Part shown: positions 19,227-30,044 of the stretch, one piece after another
Layout: every line of letters starts with the position of its first letter
How positions within the stretch are numbered: position 1 is the stretch's first letter
Source: an uncultured Verrucomicrobiae bacterium
GTDB taxonomy: Bacteria; Verrucomicrobiota; Verrucomicrobiia; Chthoniobacterales; Chthoniobacteraceae
Reading direction: 5' to 3'
Assembly (NCBI GenBank): GCA_963828525.1
Contig: CAWHEP010000002.1
Location: 256,001 to 320,000 of the forward strand
Length of the DNA: 64,000 nucleotides
The notes under the pieces: generated by a model
What the model saw: only the letters and a program-made list of their open reading frames with translations
The model's database searches: none
What the model was told of the DNA's origin: nothing
Made by a program: the position numbers and the translations under genes

Positions 19227-22200
19227 TCGAGGGCATCATCGAGGCCAGCGCGAGGAACAAGTTCCTCATTTTCATCTGCGCGCTCTTCGCGGTCGCGGCT
19301 GGAATTTACTGCCTGCAACACACTCCCCTCGACGCGATTCCCGACCTCAGCGACGTGCAGGTAATCGTCTACACAGATTGGGACGGACGTTCGCCCGACC
19401 TCGTCGAAGACCAGGTCACCTATCCCATCTCCAGTCAGTTCATAGCCGCGCCGAAAGTGAAGTTCGTCCGCGGTGAATCGATGTTCGGGAAATCCTTTGT
19501 CTATGTCATCTTCGAAGACGGTACCGACATCTACTGGGCGCGTTCCCGCGTCCTGGAATACCTGAACTCGATCAGGGGTTCACTGCCTGAAGGCGTCAAT
19601 CCGATGATCGGCCCTGACGCGACGGGCGTCGGCTGGGTCTACGAGTACGCCCTTGTTGACGACAGCGGAAAGAGCAGCCTTGCTGACCTGCGCTCCTTGC
19701 AGGATTGGCATGTCCGTTACGCGCTGGAGTCGGTGAAAGGCGTCTCCGAAGTAGCCGTCGTCGGCGGGTTCGTGAAGGAATACCAGATCGATTTAGACCC
19801 GAACAAGCTCCTCGCTTACAACATTCCGCTCGGCGATGTCGTCAACCGCGTCAAGATGAGCAACGGCGACGTGGGTGGGAAGATATTCGAGGTGGCAACC
19901 ACCGAGTATTACGTGCGCGGCAGGGGCTACATAAAAAGCATTGAGGACATCGAGAACATCGTATTGAAGGTCGATAAGGGCGCGCCCATTTATGTGAAGA
20001 ATGTAGGCAAGGTGCATCTCGGTGGCGACCTCCGGCGAGGCGTCGCGGAATTGGACGGCAAGGGCGAGACGGTCGGAGGGATTGTCGTGATGCGCTACGG
20101 CGAAAACGCGCTCAACGTCATCGAGGGCATCAAAAAGAAAATGGAGGAAATCCAGTCCTCCCTGCCGCCGGGCGTGCGAATTGTCCCAACGTACGACCGG
20201 AGCCATCTGATCAAGCGCGCGATCGATACCCTGCGCGAGAAGTTGATTGAAGAGAGCATAGTCGTCGCCCTCGTGTGCCTCATCTTCCTCTGGCACGCGC
20301 GCTCTGCCCTGGTCGCGATCATCACGCTGCCCATCGCGATCATCCTGTCGTTCGTCCCGATGTTTTACATGGGGCTGACGAGCAACATCATGTCGCTCGG
20401 TGGCATCGCCATTGCCATCGGGGCGATGGTCGACGCGGCCATCATCATGGTCGAGAACGCGCATAAGGCGCTCGAACATTTCCGCGACGAACACGGGCGA
20501 GAGCCTGATAATCGCGAGCGCGTCGACGTTATCATCAGCGCTGCGAAGACGGTGGGGCGGCCGCTCTTTTTCTCGCTGCTCGTCATTACCGTCAGCTTCA
20601 TTCCCGTCTTCTCGCTCACGGCGCAGGAGGGCCGTTTGTTCAAACCCCTGGCGTTTACAAAGACGTTCTCGATGTTCTTTGCCGCCCTCCTCGGCGTCAC
20701 GCTCGTGCCCGTGCTAATGACGCTCCTTATTCGCGGGAAGATCACGCCGGAAATCAAAAATCCCGTGAATCGGTTCCTGATTTGGGCTTACCAGCCGTTC
20801 GTGAATTTTGTGCTTCGATTTCGGTGGCTCACACTTTTGTGCGCCACGCTGATCCTCGCGGCGACGATCTTTCCGCTCCAAAAACTGGGCAAGGAATTCA
20901 TGCCGCCACTGAACGAAGGCACTCTCCTCTATATGCCAACCGCCGTGCCCGGAATGTCGATCACTGAGGCTACGAAAATCCTCCAGATCCAGGATCGCCA
21001 GCTCAGGAAAGTCCCGGAGGTGGAGACCGTGTTCGGCAAGGCGGGCCAATCCGAGACCGCGACCGATCCCGCCCCGCTCTCCATGTTCGAGACAGTCGTG
21101 TCGCTCAAACCTTTTGATCAATGGCGGCCGGGAATGACGTGGGAAAAGTTGATCGCGGAAATGAACGCGAACATCAAGACGCCCGGGATGGCGAACATCT
21201 TCTGGATGCCGATCCAGACGCGCACCGAAATGCTCACCACCGGATTTCGCAGCGCGCTTGGCGTGAAAGTCTTCGGCCCCGACCTTAACGGGATTCAGAA
21301 TGTCGCTATCCAGATCGAGAAGGCGCTCAGCGATTTTCCCGATACGCGAAGCGTCTTTGCGGAGCGGACGACGGGCGGTTACTTCCTCGATTTCACGGTA
21401 AACCGGGAAGCTGCCGCGCGTTACGGACTCACGGTCAGCGACGTAAACGACGTCGTGGAAACCGCGATAGGTGGCAAGACGATCACCACCACCGTGGAAG
21501 GCCGCGAGCGTTACCCGGTCAACGCCCGATACGCGCGCGATTTTCGGCAGGATCTCGATTCGCTGAAACGCGTGCTCGTTCCCACGCCCACCGGCGCGCA
21601 GGTGCCCATCTCCTTGCTGGCCGATATCCGATACCGGACAGGCCCGCCCGACATCCGCAACGAAAACGGCCAGCTCGTCGGCTTTGTCTTTGTGGACCTC
21701 ACGACCACGGACATTGATGGCTACGTGCGCAAAGCTTCGGAGCGGCTGCGGGAGCGCGTGCATTACCCTCCCGGCTATTACATCCAATGGGCCGGCCAGT
21801 TTGAATATCTCAAAGCCGCCGAGCAGCGGCTGAAAGTCGTCGTGCCATTCACGCTTCTCATCATTTTCGTGCTGATCTACATAAACACGCGGTCGGCGAT
21901 CAAAACATTCATCGTGCTGCTCGCTGTGCCGTTCTCCCTGGTCGGCGCGTTTTGGTTTCTCTATTTGCTAGGCTATAACATGAGCGTAGCCGTCTGGGTC
22001 GGCCTCATCGCGCTCGCGGGCCTCGATGCCGAGACCGGCGTCGTCATGCTCCTCTATCTGGATCATGCATGGGAAAAGTTTCGCGCCCAAGGCCGGATGA
22101 ATTCCATGGCCGATCTTCACGCCGCCGTCAGAGAGGGCGCCGTCCAGCGCATCAGGCCGAAGATCATGACGGTCTGCGCCATCCTGTTTGGTCTGCTGCC

Positions 22201-22408
22201 GATCATGTGGTCGCCCGTCACCCAGGCCGGAGCCGACGTCATGAAACGCATTGCCGCGCCGATGATCGGAGGCATCGTGACATCGGCGCTTTTGGAGCTG
22301 CTCATCTATCCCGTCATCTTCGTTATCTGGCGCAAACGGGGCTTGCCCGAGGCCGCGCCCGAAGCGGCACTAGAGACTGCGGTGTTACCGGGGAGAGTCT
22401 ACGGGTGA
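19223..22408 (+). CDS. cusA: CusA/SilA family Cu/Ag RND permease
   Basis: LDAIPDLSDVQVI, GPDATGVGW, GAMVDAAI, EFMPPLNEG, RIRPKIMT motifs; 1061 aa. Confidence 0.95.
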   Translation: MIEGIIEASARNKFLIFICALFAVAAGIYCLQHTPLDAIPDLSDVQVIVYTDWDGRSPDLVEDQVTYPISSQFIAAPKVKFVRGESMFGKSFVYVIFEDGTDIYWARSRVLEYLNSIRGSLPEGVNPMIGPDATGVGWVYEYALVDDSGKSSLADLRSLQDWHVRYALESVKGVSEVAVVGGFVKEYQIDLDPNKLLAYNIPLGDVVNRVKMSNGDVGGKIFEVATTEYYVRGRGYIKSIEDIENIVLKVDKGAPIYVKNVGKVHLGGDLRRGVAELDGKGETVGGIVVMRYGENALNVIEGIKKKMEEIQSSLPPGVRIVPTYDRSHLIKRAIDTLREKLIEESIVVALVCLIFLWHARSALVAIITLPIAIILSFVPMFYMGLTSNIMSLGGIAIAIGAMVDAAIIMVENAHKALEHFRDEHGREPDNRERVDVIISAAKTVGRPLFFSLLVITVSFIPVFSLTAQEGRLFKPLAFTKTFSMFFAALLGVTLVPVLMTLLIRGKITPEIKNPVNRFLIWAYQPFVNFVLRFRWLTLLCATLILAATIFPLQKLGKEFMPPLNEGTLLYMPTAVPGMSITEATKILQIQDRQLRKVPEVETVFGKAGQSETATDPAPLSMFETVVSLKPFDQWRPGMTWEKLIAEMNANIKTPGMANIFWMPIQTRTEMLTTGFRSALGVKVFGPDLNGIQNVAIQIEKALSDFPDTRSVFAERTTGGYFLDFTVNREAAARYGLTVSDVNDVVETAIGGKTITTTVEGRERYPVNARYARDFRQDLDSLKRVLVPTPTGAQVPISLLADIRYRTGPPDIRNENGQLVGFVFVDLTTTDIDGYVRKASERLRERVHYPPGYYIQWAGQFEYLKAAEQRLKVVVPFTLLIIFVLIYINTRSAIKTFIVLLAVPFSLVGAFWFLYLLGYNMSVAVWVGLIALAGLDAETGVVMLLYLDHAWEKFRAQGRMNSMADLHAAVREGAVQRIRPKIMTVCAILFGLLPIMWSPVTQAGADVMKRIAAPMIGGIVTSALLELLIYPVIFVIWRKRGLPEAAPEAALETAVLPGRVYG

Positions 22409-22436
22409 TCTCCGCTTTCCGATCGCCGCCCTGATC

Positions 22437-22998
22437 ATGGACGCCGATCATGCTCTCATGCTCCGCCTTCAGAACGGAGAAGACACCGCGCTCAATGAGT
22501 TGATGACCCGGTGGCAGCAACCGCTTGTAAACTTCATCCACCGCTACACCGGCAGCGAATCTGAAGCGCTCGATCTCGCGCAGGAAACATTCCTGCGTGT
22601 CTTTGAAAGCCGCCATCGCTATAAAGCCCAGTCGAAGTTTTCAACCTGGCTCTTTCGGGATTGCCAGCAACCTATGCCGCAATGCTTTTCGCTGGCGGGG
22701 CCGTCATCCCACCGTTGCGCTGGACGCCCCTGCGCAGGAGGGACAAGCTCTAGCCGAAACGTTGCCAGGAGAAAACGAGTCGCCTGCCGCCAGTGCCGAG
22801 CGCAACGACATCGCTTCGGCGGTGCGCGAACAAGTCCAGGCGCTTCCACATGATCTGAAAACCGCCCTGCTTCTGTTCGAATATGAAGAGCTTTCCTACG
22901 AAGAAATCGCCACCGCGCTCAACTGCAGCACCAAAGCAGTCGAGACAAGACTCTACCGCGCAAGAAACATCCTGCGCGAGCGCTTATCCCGTCGGTAG
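22437..22998 (+). CDS. ECF RNA polymerase sigma factor (frameshift near 22654)
   Basis: DLAQETFLRV...KFSTWLF joins GIASNLCRN...LSYEEIA...AVETRLYRAR in the next frame. Confidence 0.88.
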
Positions 22999-23104
22999 AT
23001 CCCCTTCTGCGCCCATCATCCACACAATTTGCCTGTTCCAGTATCCAATCACGCGCGGGTAAAAGGACGCTGCGGGTTGTCGTTTGGCTGGCTGGGTTAT
23101 CCCG

Positions 23105-24737
23105 CTAAGCCCTGGTAATCGACCAATTCACCTGGTAATGCGAATTTCCGCCGCAGCCTTTGGGTGAGTCGATCCCTGGGTGGTCCGTGGTGACTGATGC
23201 AAAGGCGCCCTGCCCCGTTTTGATCTGCAGATCCCGCCCAACGAGCACCTCCTGATTTCCGGCTACGGGTCCGTCGCACTTGGCGAACAGAATGCTCCCG
23301 AGATCGCTGACGAGACTATCCGCCAGCCCTTCCAGCAAACTTCCCACGATAGGTGGTTCGGTTCCGTCAAATAGGGCTTTGATGCCCTCCTCCGCCAGTT
23401 TGCTGCCTATGCTGACAAGCACCGACTGGACGAAGTCACTGTTGGCGCCGCTATTCGTAAACAGATAATTGAAAGTCACCCCTTCCGCCAGTTCCACCGT
23501 GACGGGCGAAAGGACCAATAGATTCGTCTCGCTCTCATTGATGTCCGTTCCTCCGATATCACCGATCCACTGGGTTTTTGCTTGGGAAGGCCAGTTCCCC
23601 ACTTGGACTGACATCTGCGAGCCATCGGTATCGTTATTCAAGGACCGTGCGTGCAGAACTTTCACGAAATTCACGGAAAACTTATAACGCGAAGGAATCG
23701 CCATCGATTGCTCTACAAGCTCCCAATCCGGAAGGGCCGTGCCGGATGGCGGCAGCCACTCTGTGCCATTGAAAATTCTCCGCTGCAGCTGACCGTTCGT
23801 CGCCGGCGCGTAAACTTCGATCTGAGACGGCGCGCGGGAAACGGCGGTGAGTCCCGATGTCATGTTCCCACCCAGGGACTCAGAGGTCCATGAGTTCCGA
23901 TCATAAAAGTAGTGACGGACCGACCCATTGGTTTCCACCACGAATACGTCCAGCCGCAATGGCGCCGATGCGATCGCCGTAGGCGCCGCAATAAAATGTC
24001 CTCCGAGAGACTCCCACTCGTTCCAGATGACGCCGTCCCACCAGATGTGGCAGAGCCCGCCATCGGTACCGATGGCGAAAACGTCCAGACGGTTCGGTCC
24101 CGAGCTGACGGCGCAAGGCGGAGAAGCGATCGAACCGCCCAGATTCTGCCAGTCGGGCGACCATACGTTGCCGTCGAAGCTTCGGTGGCGCAAAGTAAAG
24201 TCAGTCCCCCGCGCGAACAGATCAAGCTGCGTCGCGGAAGCCACCAAGCTGGCTTGGCTGCTGAAGCTTCCTCCGAGCCGCTCCCAATCCGAGGAAATCG
24301 GCTTTCCCTCCACGGTTCGATGATACATGGCATGATCGAGCCCGACCCCAAAGACATCGATCCGCGAGTTCTGCCACGCTATAGCCGCGGGCGTGCTCAT
24401 AAAAATGCCGCCGAGATTCTGCCAGGCACCAGTGTCCTCGATGGGGGAATTATCAAAAATGGTCTTTTGATACATGGCGTAGTCGACGACCTAGTCCGAA
24501 AACGTCCATGCGAGGAACAACTTGGACGCCCCCCTGTGCCGCTGTGTGGGGCTCGATGGGATGGTTGATCTGAGGGAGTTGGTCGAAGGATGCGACTGCC
24601 ACGGGAGGAGTGGTAAAAATACCCCCCAGGAATCGATCCGTTCCATTGGACGGGAACTGACGCATCGAGAAGTCTCGCTGCAACCAAAAAATATCAGTTC
24701 GGTCTGTCCCTAGCGTGACTGCGGCAATCGGATTCAT
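23105..24737 (-). CDS. PLL-like Trp-rich beta-propeller lectin-repeat protein with uncharacterised C-terminal domain (frameshift near 24490)
   Basis: Repeats W(Q/E)xLGG...P...RLDVFAxGxD. The N-terminal part from ATG 24737 joins ORF 23105..24475. Confidence 0.7.
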
Positions 24738-24889
24738 AAAGTGTTGGTCCTGTGTTCTGTGGGTCTGCGAGAATGCCACCCCACTTTGCAATACGAAGCA
24801 AATTCTTTTCAGAGCGAATGTTTGGGGCCGCGGTTCAATCTGTAGCCGGGTCAATGCTAAGCCTCCGGGCGGAAGGACTTTCAGCGCAA

Positions 24890-25151
24890 TCACCCAAGGA
24901 CGCGACTAGACGAGCTTGGAACCCAAAGCAGCGCGATCAGTTCATCGCGGGTGAGACCGCTTTGCTTGATGATGTCGTGCAGTGTTCCGCGGGCTAGTTC
25001 GTGGTGCACGGGAACGACGGGTCCGCCAATGACCATTCGCATTCCTCTTTTCCATGGAGACATGACTCCCCTTCTGGCGAAGCACCACGAAGCCAGTTTT
25101 CCGCAGTGCTTTCACCAACTCGGCGCCGGAGACGTCCGGCAGGCGGCTCAT
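24890..25151 (-). CDS. hicA: HicA family toxin (frameshift near 25020)
   Basis: SGAELVKAL...GF...RQKGSH joins VVPVHHELARGTLHDIIKQSGL in the next frame. Confidence 0.85.
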
Positions 25152-25360
25152 ACGGCTACTTCCAACTTGGCCAGGGCGGGCTCTCCGACGGATTCCTCCA
25201 AGTCGTCCGCGCCCCAGGTCTCAATGTAAAGTTCGATGGCCTCGGTGACGTTTACCTTGGCTTCATCCAGCGTCGACCCTTGCGAGGTTACGGGCAGATC
25301 GAGGCAGCGCGCCACGAACCATTTCCCATCGAACTTGATTGCGGCATTCAACTTGGCCAT
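25148..25360 (-). CDS. hicB: Short HicB family antitoxin
   Basis: WFVARCLDLPVTSQGSTLDEAKVNVTEAIELYIE; stop overlaps the hicA start. Confidence 0.88.
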   Translation of the reverse strand: MAKLNAAIKFDGKWFVARCLDLPVTSQGSTLDEAKVNVTEAIELYIETWGADDLEESVGEPALAKLEVAV

Positions 25361-25433
25361 GCTGGGAATGTGCCGTGAAGGCAGAGCCGCGTCCAGCGCC
25401 CGGGAACGCTTTTTCTCTTCTGGTTTCCAAAAG

Positions 25434-26060
25434 TTAGCGGATCCCCGTCGCCCGCCTCTTGCGAAACTGCGCGACTTTGTGCCGATTGCCACAGGCTGCG
25501 ACGCTGCACCACTGACGACGATGGTTCTTGGTCGTGTCGTAGAAGTAGAGGACACACAGCGAGGTATTGGCGCAGCGATGCAGGTAACTCAAATTAGCCG
25601 CGGCCAGGAAGCGCGCGATCTCGCGCGCGACTAGCGCCAGGGCAAGCTTCTCTCCGCGAAGCTGGGAGGCGGAGCGCCCAAGATCCAAGCCGGTTTTTCC
25701 ACTTCTGTGCAGAATCTCATGAGAAAGGTCTTCGGCCAGGAGTTGATTTAACCTTTCGATGAATACGTCGCCGACTTTTCCGTCGGCAATGATTTTGTTC
25801 ATTTCCTCCGTCCAGCCCTGACGTAATTCCACAATCCGTTTCACTGCGACCCTGCGGCGGTTTGGAGGAATCTGCAATGGGGGCGGGTTCGATAACCCCG
25901 CCTGGGAGAGCCAGTTAACGACATCTGCCCAATCGCGGAGCAGGTCCGTCAACTGGTTGCCAGAAATCACCACGGTATTGGCAAAGTCGACGGCGGGATG
26001 CTCGCCGATGAAAACGAAGTCGGCACGATTTGCGCCTTTTGTCCGGGGGGTAAAAGTCAT
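25434..26060 (-). CDS. ABATE/CGNR zinc-finger protein (putative regulator)
   Basis: AVDFANT at the N-terminus; C..C...FYDTTKNHRRQWCSVAACGNRHKV. Confidence 0.92.
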   Translation of the reverse strand: MTFTPRTKGANRADFVFIGEHPAVDFANTVVISGNQLTDLLRDWADVVNWLSQAGLSNPPPLQIPPNRRRVAVKRIVELRQGWTEEMNKIIADGKVGDVFIERLNQLLAEDLSHEILHRSGKTGLDLGRSASQLRGEKLALALVAREIARFLAAANLSYLHRCANTSLCVLYFYDTTKNHRRQWCSVAACGNRHKVAQFRKRRATGIR

Positions 26061-26068
26061 AACGACAA

Positions 26069-26147
26069 CGTAACTTCTAAAATAAGCTTTGACAAGTTAC
26101 GCCATCGCGCCCAAAAGTAACCAGCAATCCTTATTTTTAGTCGTTAC
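26069..26147. promoter_or_regulatory. Two GTAAC-N21-GTTAC palindromes in the divergent promoter
   Basis: Sites at 26070-26100 and 26117-26147 have identical spacing. Confidence 0.7.
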
Positions 26148-26169
26148 ACCGAACCAACGCGTCTTAACC

Positions 26170-27045
26170 ATGAACATATCCGACATCTCCTACAAAACTG
26201 CCATGGTGGGTGACTTCAAAATCTTCTTCCGCGAAGCGGGCGATCCGCGGAAGCCCGCTGTTCTCCTCCTTCACGGTTTTCCCACCTCGAGCCATATGTT
26301 CCGCAATCTGATTCCCCAGCTTGCAAATGACTTTCATGTCATCGCGCCCGACCTCCCGGGCTTTGGATTTTCCGACGCCCCTGCTCACGATAAGTTTAAC
26401 TACACCTTCGAAAATGTGGCGAAGGTGATGGGCGATTTTGTTGAGCAGATCGGTTTGAAGAAGTTCGCGATTTACGTCTTTGACTACGGCGCGCCCACCG
26501 GATTCCGTATCGCTTTACGATTTCCTGAGCGCGTCGCGGCGCTCATCTCTCAGAACGGTAACGCCTATGTCGAAGGCTTGAGCAAAGACTGGGCGCCAGT
26601 CCAAACCTATTGGGAAAATCCCACTCAGGAAAATCGTGACGCGTTGCGCAAGCTCCAGACCCTGGAAACGACCCGCTGGCAATACTATCACGGCGTGACT
26701 AACCCTGAGCAGCGTATCGCTCCCGAAGCGATCCTTCTTGATCAAACTCTGTTGGACCGTCCGCAAAGCGCCGAGATTCAGCTCGATCTCATCAGTGACT
26801 ACAAATCCAACGTTGAACTCTATCCCAAGTTCCAGGAATTCTTCCGTAAGCACCAGCCGCCGACCCTGGCGGTCTGGGGCAGGAACGATCCCTTCTTCAT
26901 TCCACCCGGCGCGGAGGCCTACAAACGAGACATCCCCAAGGCCAGGGTTGTCTTCTACGATACCGGGCATTTCGCGTTGGAAACTCACGCAACCGAAATT
27001 GGTCAGGAGATTCTCACCTTCCTCAAAGCCAATCTTCAGCCTTGA
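26170..27045 (+). CDS. Alpha/beta hydrolase (epoxide hydrolase/haloalkane dehalogenase-like)
   Basis: LLHGFPTSS, APDLPGFG, FDYGAP and TGHFALE motifs. Confidence 0.9.
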   Translation: MNISDISYKTAMVGDFKIFFREAGDPRKPAVLLLHGFPTSSHMFRNLIPQLANDFHVIAPDLPGFGFSDAPAHDKFNYTFENVAKVMGDFVEQIGLKKFAIYVFDYGAPTGFRIALRFPERVAALISQNGNAYVEGLSKDWAPVQTYWENPTQENRDALRKLQTLETTRWQYYHGVTNPEQRIAPEAILLDQTLLDRPQSAEIQLDLISDYKSNVELYPKFQEFFRKHQPPTLAVWGRNDPFFIPPGAEAYKRDIPKARVVFYDTGHFALETHATEIGQEILTFLKANLQP

Positions 27046-27098
27046 TTTAGCTTGGAAGAACGCTCCGGAGCGACTTTATAGACCAAGCGATTGGAACA

Positions 27099-28505
27099 AT
27101 GACCACCTCACAACAGGGAAACTACGATCTTGTTATTCTTGGCAGCGGAGAAGGAGGCAAGTACCTCGCGTGGACAATGGCCAAAGCGGGCAAGAAAGTC
27201 GCCGTGATTGAACGGAGGTGGGTTGGAGGTTCGTGTCCCAATATCGCTTGCCTTCCGAGCAAGAACATCATTCACAGCGCCAAGGTGGCCTCCCTCTTCT
27301 ACCGCAGCCAGGAATTCGGAATCAGCAAGGAGAACACGCGGATCGATATGTCGCTGGTGCGTGATCGCAAGCGCATGATGGTCTCGGGCCTGGTCGACAT
27401 GCATCTCGATATTTACAAGAAAACCGGCGCGGAACTGGTTATGGGATCAGGCCGGTTCGTTGGCTCCAAAACCATTGAGGTTTCCCTCGCCGATGGTGGA
27501 ACCCGTACTCTTCACGGCGAGAATGTGGTCATCAATACCGGCGCCCGCGCTATGGTGGATTCCACTCCGGGGCTGAGCGAGGCTGGTCCGCTCACGCACA
27601 TTGAAGCATTGGAATTGGATCACATTCCGGCTCATCTTCTGGTGTTGGGCGGTGGTTACATAGGACTGGAACTGGCCCAGGCGATGCGCCGATTTGGCAG
27701 CGAGGTGACTATCATCGAAAGGAACGACCGGCTTGCCCATCGCGAGGACCCCGACATTTCCGCGGCGTTGGGAGAACTATGCAAAGACGAGGGCATCCAC
27801 GTGGTCACAGGCGCTCACATTACCAAGGTCCACGGCAAATCGGGTGAATCCGTAACCCTAAAGGGAGCCTGCAACGGCTCAGAGCTCACCCTCCAAGGTT
27901 CGCATCTGCTCGTGGCCAGCGGTCGCAAACCAAACACGGAAAACATCGGTCTTGAACTGGCGGGCGTCGAGACGACCGCGCGCGGCTTCATCAAGGTGAA
28001 CGAGCGTTTGCAGGCGACCGCCGCTGGAGTGTGGGCCATCGGCGATTGCGCGGGCAGTCCGCTTTTCACGCACATCTCTTTCGATGATTTTCGGGTTATC
28101 CGGGACAATCTCCTGGGCGTCGATCATGTCACCACCGGCAGACAGGTCCCGTTCTGCATGTTCACTGATCCGGAGTTCGCCCGCATCGGCTTGAGCGAAA
28201 CCGAAGCGCAGGCGCGGGGAATTCCCTATCGCCTGACCAAAATCCCCATGCTTGCGGACCTGCGCACCCGCACGCTCTCTGAGACGCGTGGTTTCATGAA
28301 AGCGCTCATCGCCGCGGATAGTGACCGCATCCTTGGGTTTACGATGTTTGGCGTCATGGCCGGAGAAGTCATGGCGACGGTCCAGGTGGCTATGATCGGC
28401 GATCTGCCTTACACAGCGTTGCGCGATGCCATCTTCACCCATCCTACCATGCTCGAAGGACTCATCCCTCTCTTCTCCGCTGTGCCCGCCCGCTCGAATT
28501 CCTGA
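27099..28505 (+). CDS. Flavin disulfide oxidoreductase (RclA/YkgC-like)
   Basis: GSGEGG, GGSCPNIAC, GGGYIGLE and HPT motifs. No C-terminal Cys pair. Confidence 0.85.
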   Translation: MTTSQQGNYDLVILGSGEGGKYLAWTMAKAGKKVAVIERRWVGGSCPNIACLPSKNIIHSAKVASLFYRSQEFGISKENTRIDMSLVRDRKRMMVSGLVDMHLDIYKKTGAELVMGSGRFVGSKTIEVSLADGGTRTLHGENVVINTGARAMVDSTPGLSEAGPLTHIEALELDHIPAHLLVLGGGYIGLELAQAMRRFGSEVTIIERNDRLAHREDPDISAALGELCKDEGIHVVTGAHITKVHGKSGESVTLKGACNGSELTLQGSHLLVASGRKPNTENIGLELAGVETTARGFIKVNERLQATAAGVWAIGDCAGSPLFTHISFDDFRVIRDNLLGVDHVTTGRQVPFCMFTDPEFARIGLSETEAQARGIPYRLTKIPMLADLRTRTLSETRGFMKALIAADSDRILGFTMFGVMAGEVMATVQVAMIGDLPYTALRDAIFTHPTMLEGLIPLFSAVPARSNS

Positions 28506-28525
28506 TGCCAAAGGACCCACCCTCT

Positions 28526-29557
28526 ATGAGAGCCATCAGTTTTCACCAATCACTTCCCGCTGAAGATCCCGAAAGCCTCGTCGATGTCACCGTCGACAAG
28601 CCGAAGCTCGCTCCGCGAGATATCCTGGTTCAGGTTCAAGCGATCTCCGTAAACCCTGTCGATACGAAGGTCCGAAAAGGCGGAGGTCCCGGAAAGCCTT
28701 TGGGCGAACTGAAAATACTCGGCTGGGATGCGGCTGGCGTTGTCACAGAGGTAGGCACTGAGGTGACACTCTTTTCACTTGGTGACGCGGTTTACTACGC
28801 TGGAGAGATCAATCGTCCCGGCTCTTACGCGGAGCTTCAGGCGGTGGATGAACGCATCGTCGGTCGCAAACCATCATCACTCGATTTTTCCGACGCGGCT
28901 GCTCTGCCCCTCACCACCATCACGGCATGGGAGTTAATCTTCGACCGGTTCGAATTGAGGATCGGCAAACTAACCAGCCAGGGTTCGATTCTCGTGCTTG
29001 GTGGAGCTGGCGGGGTCGGTTCCATCGCCATTCAGTTGCTCAAGCGCCTCACCGGACTCACGGTCATCGCCACGGCTTCACGCCCCGAATCGGTAAAGTG
29101 GTGCCGCGAGCTGGGTGCTGATCATGTCATCGACCACCGCAATCCCCTGGCGGCGCAGGTAAAAGCCATCATGCCCGAGCGGTGTTAATATGTTCTGGCG
29201 CTCACCAAGGTTGAGAGCCACCTCGATGAGATTGTCGAGGCCATGGCGCCCCAAGGAAAGATAGGGGTCATCGAAAGTCCCGCCACCCCGCTGGACGTGG
29301 TTAAACTGAAGCCCAAGTGCCTCTCACTCCACTGGGAGTTCATGTTTGCACGGCCTCTTTACCAGACGCCTGACATGGCTGAGCAAGGACGCCTGCTCAA
29401 TGAAGTTTCTAGATTGGTCGACAGTGGTCTTATTCGCTCCACCGCCCAGGCGAACCTTGGTGAGATCAATGCCGCGAATCTCCGGAAAGCCCATTGCCTC
29501 GTGGAAAGCGGAACAACAATGGGGAAAGTCGTCCTCTCGGGTTTCCCGAAGACTTAA
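28526..29557 (+). CDS. Zinc-type alcohol dehydrogenase-like/quinone oxidoreductase (frameshift near 29180)
   Basis: [23 protein letters not shown]; continues as LHWEFMF...GKVVL in ORF 29243..29557. Confidence 0.85.
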
Positions 29558-29562
29558 GTTCC

Positions 29563-30030
29563 ATGCATACGAGACCACCCTTGCCACCCTTTACGCTGGA
29601 ATCGGCTACGCAAAAGGTTCGGCTGGCGGAAGATGGTTGGAACAGCCGAAATCCGGAGAAAGTTTCACTCGCTTATACGGTCGATAGCGTTTGGCGCAAT
29701 CGATCTGAGTTCGTCACTGGTCGCGAAGCTATCATAGCGTTTCTTGCGCGAAAGTGGAACCGGGAGCTCGAGTATCGCTTGATCAAGGAACTCTGGCTAT
29801 TTCGTGAAAATCGGATCGCCGTCCGCTTTGCTTATGAGTGGCGTGATGAAAACGAAAATTGGTTTCGCTCCTACGGCAACGAGAACTGGGAATTTGAGGC
29901 AGATGGTCTCATGGCCCGGCGCTTTGCCAGCATCAATGATCTTCCCATCCGGGAAGAAGATCGCAAATTCCATTGGCCGCTCGGCAGACGGCCGGACGAG
30001 CATGCCGGATTAACCCAACTCGGCCTGTAA
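29563..30030 (+). CDS. DUF1348/NTF2-like protein
   Basis: [38 protein letters not shown] motifs. Confidence 0.9.
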   Translation: MHTRPPLPPFTLESATQKVRLAEDGWNSRNPEKVSLAYTVDSVWRNRSEFVTGREAIIAFLARKWNRELEYRLIKELWLFRENRIAVRFAYEWRDENENWFRSYGNENWEFEADGLMARRFASINDLPIREEDRKFHWPLGRRPDEHAGLTQLGL

Positions 30031-30044
30031 AGCTCGCGCTAAAT

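Noticed and set aside
27099..28505. Mercuric reductase merA
   Set aside because: Lacks the C-terminal Cys-Cys pair and the NmerA domain, and there is no mer operon context.
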